Source: Eimeria praecox (lineage: Eukaryota). From it: a DNA stretch of 64,000 nt. The notes under the pieces are model-generated. The model ran no database searches. It was not told the DNA's origin and saw nothing but the letters and a program-made list of their open reading frames with translations. The DNA lies in assembly GCA_963920595.1 (NCBI GenBank), contig OY986947.1, positions 4,650,001-4,714,000 of the forward strand. Direction: 5' to 3'. Both the position numbers and the translations under genes were made by a program. Every line of letters starts with the position of its first letter. Positions within the stretch are counted from its first letter, which is position 1. This document shows positions 49,599 through 61,100 of this stretch, piece by piece.

Positions 49599-52062
49599 TT
49601 ATTTGCACACTGTGTCCGCCGTTGCGGAGGGAGTTCGCCGTAACTGTCTCAAAGACACATTTGTTGACGCCTCGCTGATGGTTGAATGGGTTCCGGAGTG
49701 GCGGGTGGCTTCAGAAGATGCTGATTCAGAAAGTGCCACCTGAACAAACTCGCGAAGCCTGTTGTAGTAACTTTGACCCCCAACTTCCCATGTGTCGTTG
49801 TGGTCGCCGTTTTCAACGTCCTCTCGCATCTTTATGCGAGAACCGCATGTCTGTCAAACACAAAGCAAGCCACACATTCAAGCGTGTTCCACAACAAGGG
49901 AGCCATCAAGGGTCTACCGCTCAGCCAGCAGAGCAAAATGCAAAGGGCAGCAGGGGCAGCAAGCGGAACAAATGACAGTTCCCAAGGATATATGGACCCA
50001 AACAAGAGGGACGATAGACGATGTGTTAACTCACGCTATACAGCACGTCCATGTGCGACGGAGGGACGAGTTTATCTTGACGCCCCGAAATGAATAAAAC
50101 AGGTAGAATCAATGTGCGAACCTTCTCATCGTTCAGCATGTACATCCGCTGCGGCACGCCCAATAACACAGCCGCCTACACACACTTCTCCCACTCCGTC
50201 TCCCGCAACAGCAGCGCAGAGCACTCACGGCATATGCACAAAACAGCAATCTTGGTTTTAATGAATGGAACATCCCCTGAAGCGATTGCTACAGAGTAAT
50301 AAGCACACTGCCCCGCCCCCCAAGTTAAGCATTACCGGGAAGCTTTACGGCTAGCGACTTTGAAAGCGCAAGCCGTAAAGCTTCCGGCTTTGGAATGCCA
50401 GACTAACCTGCACGGCCTTCACCAGCAGGCTGAAAGGGCTCATGAAGGGGAAGACAATGTAGAGCATCTCCAGCAGAGACGTGAACGTGTTCTCTACCAC
50501 AATGCCCTTCAGCTGCAAGAAAACGCACGTGCAAGCCGAAACAGCGGATAGGCTTGTGCAGCGATACCGAAAGATTGTATTTGTGAAAGTGACTCTGCAA
50601 GTCTACTGAAGAGGTAGTGGCACTGTATCCACGACGTGTCGAGCACCCAATGGCGTGTTCACCATTAACCAAACCCGCCGCAGGGCTCAAGCCACGCCAC
50701 TAAGTGCGTGCGGAAGAGCAAACAGTTTCGTACCTCATCACTTCTGCGTTTTGCGAGCTCGATTGCAACCGCACCCCCAATGCTACGGCCAAAGACAAAA
50801 ATATCTTTGTTGTTGACAGTCCCATTCTCCAAGAGGAAATCCAAGGCAGCCTCCGCATCCGTATAAACACCCTCTTCCGTGGGGGAGCCTTCACTGTAGC
50901 CATACCTGCACACAGAAACAAAGCACGCGAGCAAGAAAGCTGGTGGGCGGCATCCAGAAACCCGGAGTCCTAAGCGGCGTGCAAGGCCATTAGCATGCCT
51001 ACTACCGTTACCCCTCTGCAAATGCATCCCTGCTCACCCCCTATACGAAACGATCAGTATATTGACGCCAACCATGCGAAACATCAGTTCCAAGTTGGGC
51101 AGCCGGAACCCGATGTCTGCACTCAACGAAATAACCACAGGACGCTAAAACTTGACATGTGTAGCACACAATAAGGACGAAGTACTTGAGCGAAAGAGGA
51201 GGAATACGAGGAGCGAGTAGAAATGGGGAGATCCCGTAAGTGGAATTGGCGTCATGAAGAAATATAAAAGTAGTTGTAAATAAAGAAACGTTCGTCCCCG
51301 GCACAAAATGCAGAAAAATGCAGTGTATGTGGGCCATAATAGATGCGTATCGTGGGTAAAGTCTTTAAATTCGCCTACTGCCGGCATTCCCGTGAAAATA
51401 GAGGAAGGTGGGGGCTTCTTGAGCATTTGGCTGACGCAACAGCCAGCCATGCAGGGTTACGCCGTCACTAGTTCTGATGTAGACATCATCAAATGGCAAA
51501 TCTGCAGCACATGCAATGACACCCCAGCAAACCGACCTCCGAAAACACACCCACGGAATCTACATATATGTATTTCGCCCACAAGCAGAACTCCATCTCA
51601 CTTCTTTCTCCAGGATGATGCAACCCCTTCGGGTTCTTATCTGGTGTCTCATAGCCTTTAGGAACTGCAAACAAACTCAGCGCAAGAGCTACCGCCAACC
51701 AAATATAAAACCGCTGCACGGTTATACGAGTGCTTCTGCAGAGACTACCCTAATGATAAAAGGGCGTTTCGACTGCAGTGGAACTGTATTTTTAGGTACC
51801 TGCAGGGTAGAAAACGAGTTTCTCCTGGAAAAACCATAGCACGCCTGCATTCACGCAACATTCGCAAGGACACTGACATCCCCAACACACCCGCCATCAC
51901 CATGCGAAGGGCGACAAATGGTGCTGTACAGCTAGGTGGTGCATGCAGCTGTAGCAATAGCCACGAACGCGCATGACGCTTACCAACAACGGCTGACAGG
52001 AGGAAGCCGCCGACCCAGGCCGCCCGGGTAAGGATGGCGGCCAGGCTCCACCAGCTGGACAT
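49599..52062 (-). CDS. Alpha/beta hydrolase, ABHD13/BEM46-like, with N-terminal membrane anchor
   Basis: Exons 52062-51984, 51844-51800, 51664-51602, 51501-51379, 51116-51038, 50905-50734, 50512-50408, 50148-50035, 49850-49599. Motifs QEKLVFYP, YFHGNAGNIG, SYRGYGYSEG, GRSIGGAVA (Ser), ENTFTS, SGRQDKLVPPSHM (Asp), GDHNDTW (His). Confidence 0.92.
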
Positions 52063-55000
52063 CTGGGGTTCAGCTACTTGAACACGCGCACCCGCTTCAA
52101 TGATATGGACTGCAGCATACCGTTGTTCCTTGTCTTTTTAACTTCCTCGGCCGCCGTCCCTTTCTAACCCTGTGTTTGCCACAGGATTTTAGCAAGGCGC
52201 TGCCGTGTGCTGTTCCAAGCTTGTGATTTTTGTGATGGAGGGGGCTTCTGCTCTTCGTGGTTGAGCAACAAATAACACGATTATTGCAACGGGCGCGCAG
52301 AGGTGTACTGCTAGTGCATGCTCCAAACACGGGTTGCTGGCAAAAACGGGACCCCCTCAGTTCCGAGGCAACCTTACACCTACCACATCCCTTTTGGAGC
52401 ACATATGAACAGTTGCACAGTGACTAATGGGAACTTAATATAGCCGCCTTCGCCCCTGGACCTCGGAAATTGCAACGAATGACATGGCGTCGCATAATTG
52501 CTCCGCTTAATTTGTTGGGCCCTGCAGCCGTCAGCTAATTAATCAGATGCCCTTGGTCTAACATAATAAACAATTTGCATCGTTGCAGTGTTCTCCAGTT
52601 CTGCTTTGGTAGGGGAGCCAAGAAGCGGCGGCTGCCCCATGTCCCCTTCAGTCTCTCGCGTATGAACACCGCAGCCACTGATCGCATTGCATGGTAGGAC
52701 TGTCCTTCCTATTTACCTGGTTCTCCGCAGCATTTTTGCTATACTTCTTATATTTAAGATGTTGTTACTTAACAAAACGCAAGAATTATTTCCTAATAAG
52801 TTTGCATACGGGCAGCCTCCCACGACAATGTCCCTTGGCGGGTGAGCGATGATGCTTGCAGAAACCCTCAAATCGAATCAGTTGCATGTTTTGCTAATTA
52901 GCTGCGTGGAGGCATTCACGACTCGGTCCCAATGCAGTTTGTGCTCAGACATCCACTTAATCCGTGGTGCTGTGGCCGGCGTACACATGAATGGAAGCAC
53001 TGTTCCGGCGTAGGAGGGTCTGTCAGTAGTAGGTATATGTATCCTCGTCTGGGTGCATGCTGGCCAGGGAAACCTTCCGGTTGTGTCCAACTATTAGCTG
53101 AAGTGCCAGTGCATCCATAGCATTGTAGCCGCGGGGCGAGGTGAGCTGCAATGGCTTCACAGATTTATGCGCGAGTCGCACAGACCGGCTGAGCTCCCCT
53201 CTAGCCAACTGTCCTGCTGGGCACAGCAGTCCAGAGGCCTGGAGCAGGTGGGGACTCAGGCCAGCCCGTCATGGGATGCAACGCACTTTGCTGCAGCAAG
53301 ATTTGCAAGGCAGCCCCAAATGCACGCACGCCCAATCCTTTTGGTACATGAGCTAACGTTGCAGACTGTCGTGCAGGCATTCGTAAAACACAAACTTGGA
53401 CTCCCTTAGTCACCCTGTGAGTAAGTAACGGTCCTAGTGCCGATATTACACAGGCCATAGTACAGCGACAGCGGTTGAAGCAGGCTGCTTTGAGAGGGAT
53501 TCTGCAAGAACTGGGTTCGTACATCTATATTTATGTATGCGTTGACAACCGGAGGGCAAGGAGGTATTTTACAATGGACTGTGGTGCACATAGGTGCAGT
53601 GAAGAGAAGGGTCTGGCCCGGCCTGCATCTGCTTGCGTGCGGGTTTGCATTGGAGTCAGGGATTGGCGCAGATGGTGCTACATCGCTGGAAAAGCCGTAA
53701 TGTTTCCACGCCAGAGCTAAGGGACTGTGCAGCAGTGCGCAGAGAGTCTAGAGTCCAGGGGGAGGCCAGCTTTGTCTTCGGTAGCTACAATGATACGTGC
53801 TGCAACTCTACAGCGGCTCGCGGTGCTTTTAAGCTAGTCCAGAGGGCGCTCGTCACATTTGGTAGTACCACACGCTTCAGAAGGCAGGCGATGGGAGAAC
53901 CTCACCTGGAAGCTGGGGGGCCTGATATAGGGCACCGTCTAGGCATGAAGTTGCTCAGCATAAGAGGGAGTTTAACCACACTCCCAATAGCATTTTATCG
54001 AAAATTCAATCCTCTCCTCTTGAAAGATTCATGTTGGTTAATGTTTGCCGTCCGGCAGGGGGGCCCAAACCCAAGGGGCTGTTCGTAGGGACTCAGCGCT
54101 CTGGCCGACGACGGCGCAAGGGGGGTAATTCATGAAGAATATCTTTACCAGAGCATACTGTTCAACGATGGCGAACGCGACCACTTGGTACCGCTTGAGG
54201 ATTTGGGAGCTCATTGGAGGACTGGAGGTGCCTCTTTGTCCCCCATACGCACCTGAAGAACTCATGCCGTGCATCTCCTCCAATGGTCACTCAACCCAAA
54301 TAAAGGTAGCTGCATTCCGGGGCAATTCCGGGAAGTGGAAGATTTCCGACACTAGAGTAGTGCACTGACCCGCTGAACGTGCAAGCACAGCACCTATGTG
54401 GCATGTTCTTTCCATCAAAGTCGAGTCATCTAGGGGAAGATGCTAGTAGATTTGCCCTCGAGTTGCCGTATACCGTGCCGTTCTGGGTTCCATACTTAAT
54501 ATGTGTTTATGGATCCCCCTCCCCTTAAGCATGCGGAGTCTAAACATGGTTTTACCAGTTTGCTTACTAATGGTCAGCAATACTATGTATTTTATTCCGG
54601 TACTTTCCTCGTTCAGAGAGTGGCAAGGGATAGAATGCCCCGAAGCATATCCTATTGGGCGCCTGCTACTACGTACAGCGTGTTACGTGGGTAGTACACT
54701 CGTGGAAACTGAAGAACTGCTAAGATTAGTGCACAGCATTGCCTGGCTGAAGGTCTTGGATACTGCAAAACGTTCCCCTCAACCCTTGCTGGGGCAGTAC
54801 TGTTCCGGCGCCCACTAGTTTGTGCCAGGGAAATGCAACAAGCTGCATCGGTTTACCGTGGATTCTAAGAATTGCAATAGCAATGCGGCTGATAGTGGTG
54901 CAGGTGGAACCAGCTTGCGACCTTCCGACCGTTTTCCCTTCACAAAAAAACCGTCTTCTAAGAATTATTGGGACAGCTTGCTTATAAATTCAGTTGCCAT

Positions 55001-56208
55001 GCCACCTTCTGCTAGTGGGTGTGAACTGCAGGTTCTTAGGCGCCACCATTCGGTACTCTCCTGCAATTGCTAGGATGTGGGAGTCAGCCGGCAATGCCAG
55101 CGCACCAGAAGGGATTAAGCATTCATAGAATCTGAGCCTTCACCTCTAGCTACCCAGCTATACTAGTGTGCTGCAGACTGAGCTGTGATTGATGGATTAA
55201 GTTAGCCTTGGTCTTGCCCCCCGTTTCCCCAGGAGTCCCCAATCGGCTCGTTATCCCACCCATAGTGAACACAACTTGGTCAATTTATGGGATATTCCGG
55301 CTTCTTCACCAATATATCGCTTCAAATACGCAGCAGCATTCACATAGTAGGTATGTCTAAGCCGGATTGGTGCACATGCAGCCTCGATGGTAAACTATGC
55401 CATACAAATGCACGCAACCAACGCATTTCACATGCAAACTGACAGTATTCAAGATTCCTTGCGTCTGTGGCCACCTCCCCTACAGCTGCCATACCACTGG
55501 GAGCTCAGGCAACGGCTGTAATGGTTGTGGAGGAACTGTAGCGGTCTTCGAATGGCCACTTTAGATTCAACTACTAAGATGCTCATTGCCCAAACAATCC
55601 GATATCAGCATGCGGAAAACAGTTATTGATGGTTAGCCCTTCACACTACAGAAAAACTATGCCGGCGCTCGAACTGCCATTTGATATGCCGCTATTAGGA
55701 AATAAACACACCAGACCATCTGGCATCAGTAGCACTGCCAAACGTCCTGCGCGAAAGGGGAATCGCTTTCGATAAAAATGTGAGGGGTTGCAATTTGCAA
55801 TTTGGAAACTAGTGGCACCTCTGAAATGCGGCGAATGGGCGTACAGTTGCTAGTGAAGTTCAGGATCATCGCAAAATTGCACTCGCGTTAAGGCGCTGTT
55901 CTTATTTTCGGGCGACTAAAGCGCCTGAAGCCATTATCATATTTCATGCTATCTTGGAAGATACCCCATGACAGCCCTAAAGGGGTCTACTTGTACGGCC
56001 TGAACGTGTCCTTTAGCAGACAGCAGAGTGAAAGCCACACTCTGCTACGCTAAGCTTCAACTCCACCGAATGTAACCAAGTGTGTTTCATGGAAATCGCC
56101 GCGTGTATTTTGTGCTTTCTCTGTTGTATGTTGCGTAGCCCAACCGCTGCATCGCAACAGGACTGTAGACGGTACCAGTTATAGCGCACAATTCTTCACG
56201 TGTGTGCT

Positions 56209-57165
56209 TCACTCCTGAGATTCCACACGGCGCGAATTTGTCGATGCCAGCAAATGCAATAGGGACTCCGTCCCCACAGCGCTCAGCGGCTGCACTTCAA
56301 GAAAGCGGCAGTGGTGGACTGCTGCAAAACGCCGACACTCTGCTGCCGCTTTAGCCCATAGGCAGCCTTGTCCTCCCTGCGGTATGGTGGAGGACTCACA
56401 CACAAACCTGGTCTCGCATAAATCTTGAGCCAACTGGAAAGCGAAACACCGCATAGTAAGGGGCCTCTCAAGTGCGTGGTTGCTTAAATTGTAGTAAGTG
56501 ATGGCATTGCAAGGCCTACTGTATAATTATCTTGCAGCGAGCAAGCAGTGCAAAAGTCGAACAGCGCTTTGTTTACGCACTTACTGCTGCAACGAGGAAT
56601 AGAGCGGGCTTGTGGCGGGGCTGGAGATTGACCTGAGTTGCCTGCAGCAGCCTCTGCAGGTGCTGCAGTTGCTCAGACAAGCGAGCACTTTCTGCGTCGA
56701 GGACAAGGAGTATGGCGTGGCTTTGTGAGCACAGATCAGCTCGGAGTTCCGAGAAAGCCTCAGTGGCGCTGAGTGCCCACAGTGTCATGCGTGTCTCTGA
56801 ACCGCTGAAACGCATAGGCAGCATGCCGTAATAGCTTATAGTCCAAGCCGACCAAGAAGTGCGCACTGGTGGTCTTTTTTGGAAGCGAATTTCCGTAGCT
56901 TGGGTTACTAACAACTTCCTTACTTGTGCTGAAGGCGGCGAAGTCCCCAGTCTACACCAACAGGGTCTCGTAAGGCAGACACCGGAGGAACTACTCCCCG
57001 TAAGAGTGTGCAAAACAGGGACATTGTGGCCTTGGGACTAGGTCCCAACAAGGATACCTTGAGATGCAAACACTGCTCACGAGCATATTGGATGGCGCTA
57101 TACTTCCGTTCGACAATATAATCATTAGTCAAGACGCCCTCGGCTGACTTGCAGGAGACGTCCAT
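56209..57165 (-). CDS. Highly divergent Rab/RJL-like small GTPase-fold protein (probable pseudo-GTPase); start uncertain
   Basis: Exons ~57165-56924, 56804-56585, 56433-56209 join in frame via GTAAG..CAG introns: LKVSLLGPSPKATMSLF / PVGVDWGLRRLQHNGSETRMTLWALSATEAFSELRADLCSQSHAILLVLD / PALFLVAALAQDLCETRFV / ECRRFAAVHHCRFLEVQPLSAVGTESLLHLLA. Confidence 0.65.
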
Positions 57166-58154
57166 TGTGTTGTTGGCTAGGCGGTAGTGCTGGAAAGCCG
57201 GTCTACGAGCAGGTCGATACAGCAAGGCAGCGAAGCCAACAAGGTATTGTGAAAGTATAGAGGGGCGTATGATCAGCAGTATGAAGCGACTGCGTGCATT
57301 TATGCTTGCATACTGCTGCTATGGTTGCCAGAGTGATGAATTTGAAGTATAGCCTCGGAGGTTGGATTGCTGCAGTAAGTACCAGTGCCTCGGGGAGTTA
57401 GTGAACGGCATAAGCAATTGGGAAAATAACTATGTCTTAATATTTTACGGAGGACTGAAAGGTTTGGCCTGTGCCCCCTCAAAAGATCTATGGCGTGTTC
57501 GGCCAACGTGCAAGTCGGCCGCGCTGGTGCACGCACTGTTGCCGCGAGGCACGGCACGATATCTATCTTGAAAGCTATTCACTGTTATAGCTGAGCGGGC
57601 TTGTGTAAAAATTGGGTTTATTTCCATAAAATGCATAAATTCACGGCTTGATCAAGCGCAGGGGCCAGAGCGGCAAGTGGCCATGATGGCGTCACAAGGG
57701 TACATACGATGCGAATTTCGATTTATCTTGTTTCAGTATGGTAAGAACCTTAGTGTTCTGTGTACTTTGAATGGAGTGCACTAACTGGACTGTTTTGTGG
57801 TTCCGATAGGCAGCTAACCAGAGGTGAAGACCGCGGATGGCCGCTGGGTTGGCTGCTAGGTCACCTCGCCAGGCCCGATGCGCCGTTTGGAAAAAGCCGA
57901 AAAGAAATGTAAACAATGGCGAACCAAAATACTATAAAAATATGCATTCATAGTGTTTTAAAGGGAAATGAATCCTACCTGATCGGTCGCTAGAATGCGC
58001 GGCTGCGGAGACAGCCGTCAGGAAGGCAGCAGTTTGATCGAGGTCCGGGCCCCACGCCCTGCTCGATGCAGTCGTCAGCCACAAAGCGAAGCACACAAGG
58101 AGGGCATCTGCATATTTATGTGGAATAACTTTAATGTCGAATCTTGCCTTGAAA

Positions 58155-61100
58155 ATGAATAGGACAACGCACTCAGAAGGCTCCCAACGGGCCGCCGCCC
58201 ACGTCTGTCGACGTGGTCTGCTACCGACAATCCGGCTTGTCCTTCTTTTGTTCGCCCTCCTTGCTCCCTTCCGTTACTCTCTTTCAGCTCCAACTTCCGA
58301 CGAAATGACAGGAGGAGGTGAAATGAGTACCAATTTGGAGGCACCTCGTAAGACAATTCCAATTTTCGCACACAGCTGGCCATTAGGGAGTGTCAACTGC
58401 GGTTGCCCACCCGAACAGTTTTCACCATACTTCCCAAGCGTGTGTGCTTTCTCGTTGGTTGTTGCGTTTTCAGTGATTTCAAAGGTAAACGAAGCTTTAA
58501 CTACACTCTGGCCACAGCTTGTGCGCAAAGAGGAGGTTGTGGAGCTCTCCGACGCCAAGGCAGCTGAGCTAGTGGACGCGGCCCTTCTCAGACTGCGCAC
58601 CTCCGGAGAAACAATACCGATAAACTTGCGTGATCTACTCTTGTGGCACCTGACATGTTAGTCTATCCAAGTCATAGGGGCTCCATCGTTCCGCTAGCCA
58701 GTATTGTAGGAGTTAGCTCGGAATATTGGCGCACTTGGCCCATTGCCTACTTGTCTGCACTGCGTGTTAAATAATGCACTTGCAGCATGCTTTTCTGTGG
58801 ACGGTGGAGCACTTCGAGGTGTCAATGGTATGTTCGGGGCAACAAGCAAGATTGCCTGTCCGGGCGGCACCACAATTTCCTGTGCACTAACAGCTTTTGG
58901 AATTCCCGCTTCGGTTGAAGAACAAAACCAAACACAAAAGCTTGAAGCTTCCATTTTAGGTCAGTATGGGGATCCATGAGGGTGATGCGGGCTCTCTCAG
59001 CGCGTGGAGAACGTTGTAGCTATCGTTGTTAACCGTTATGATTTTCTCCTGCTGCTAGTCGATAGCAAACGCTCATGCGTACCAAACAGCTTTTGCTCTG
59101 TTGGATTACCTTCAGCTGCGGCATTTCGGCGAACTGGGCACGAGGCTGCTGCAAATGCGGCCTTGTCGAGGGGTACTGGCTTGGGACTAGAACAAGTACG
59201 AGAACTTGCATCGGAAGAAACAAGAATTTCGCCAACAGACCAAGAAACGCAAGCTCTGTTTGCTGAAGGAGTCCGCTCTCAATTGGGTTTACAGAAAGGC
59301 TTTCAAAGTTTTCAGTGGATACGACTTGGTGACTATCACAAACTTGCATCAGCTTTTCGCCTTGGTCAACGTAAGCTAACCCTAATGTTTTTCCAAATCA
59401 AATCATTGCAAAAGCAGTAGCATTGTGCTCCCTTTACTTACATGCCCGCAGCATAGCAGCATAGGACTTCTTTAAACTGCAAGGCACACAGCAATCAATC
59501 GTCCTAGTTCCGTGAACGCCTGGCCAGTGGCGTGTTTGAGTCGTTCATATAGGTCAAACCATGGAACTTTGTCACATGTGCGCTTTTCAGGTTTGTTTCA
59601 TGAACCTGAAGGAACTGGAAGCTCTTCAGAAGGCACAAGGGAGAGCCCCACGAAAGGGTCTATCTGGCATGTAATGGAACTGGTTGCATGCGCGGCTAGA
59701 GATACATGTCTTGGAATTAATGAGCCAGGTTTTCAAAGCACGGTGGATAAATGCGCTGAGGAAGTTGCCAAGGGCAAGACATCGTCGCCGTTGGACCTCT
59801 TCTTCCGCAGTGCCTCTATGAAGAAGCAAAGCAGCCTGGCAGCTCAAGTGTTTTCAAGTCCGTCAGTTTTCCCTGAGTTTCACTCCTCCTACCAGCTGCT
59901 GGTTGCCCCATACAATAGTTGCTCATTGCTGTTGGCTGTCTTACGATATTTTCAGCGGCTTTGTTAGTCTTGCACTCAACGCAAGGTAACAGACTCGTCA
60001 CTCCAGAAGGGGCCGGCACCCAAAGTGCGCTACAAGGGAGGGCTCCGCTTTCTCCTCTACAGCAAGCTGTAGCTAATTCTGTTGCAGGGTGTTCTCCAGA
60101 GGTGATAACTTCCCTCGAGAGTCACTTGCAAGCCCTGGGAGGTCTCGAAGCAATAGGTGCCAGTGAGTTTAAGAATCTGCGCTGGCCCACGCATGCATGC
60201 ATTGTGAAGCATAATGTTGCCTCCATCAACTTCACTCACCTTTTGCTTAGTGTGGCAGTCACAGCGTAGCTCCCGTACATGAAATCTCTCTGATTTGCCT
60301 CAGATCCAGTGTTATTCGCCTCCACCGTTCTGGAGAACGCCCCGTTACTCTTCTCGTTGAATGGTGTTCCACCACCGGAGTCACTCGCGCTGGAATACGA
60401 GGCGCTGCGCGAATCTGGAACTAAGTGTACGATGCCCACACGATAATACTACATACTTAAACGTTAATCACTGGGGACTAGTTTGCTTGATAGGACGATC
60501 GGTCACTGAAAATAAGTACGCCAGAAACCTCGTAAGTACGTCGAGGAGCTGCGGCGCTCTTTGCGATTCGGTGCGTTTATGGTTCAGTCGGCCTAGCGCT
60601 CGTGCGGGGGGCTTCAAGGATGATAAGCACTGCATGCGGAAAAGAGAGAAGATGCGGACGCCCTAGCAATTCATACCTCAGTTGCGTATCCAAGAGTCTT
60701 GAAAATGTCGCTTGGCCTGCCCTTAGACAATTGCTGAACCAGCACGTGCACGCTTTGGCCTACTTCGTAGAGAAGCCTGAGATATTGCCTGAAGGGCCGC
60801 ACTTTTCAGATGCTCTGCAGGACTTTACTTCATCTGCCTCAAAGCTTTCTCAAACACTTCGCGCAGCTGCTAGCGCCTCTCATGGTGCCCTAGATCTCAG
60901 TATTCCAAGCAGCCCTGCCTCCATTCGGCTGCTCGACGCCTTGAAACAGTTTGGGCAAAATGCTGAGGATAACCTACTCCCTGTTGGAATGTCATTCCTC
61001 GAAGACGGAGAGCTCTCCTTGTATGGCCCTGCGATTCATGAAAGGATAGTATCCACAACGGAAGAGACATGTAAGTATTCTAGAACAGCCCATAGGTCCC

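Noticed and set aside
52100..56200. Retrotransposon remnant or hidden gene in the long spacer
   Set aside because: Only short ORFs, with no gag, RT or integrase motifs and no LTRs recognisable by eye.
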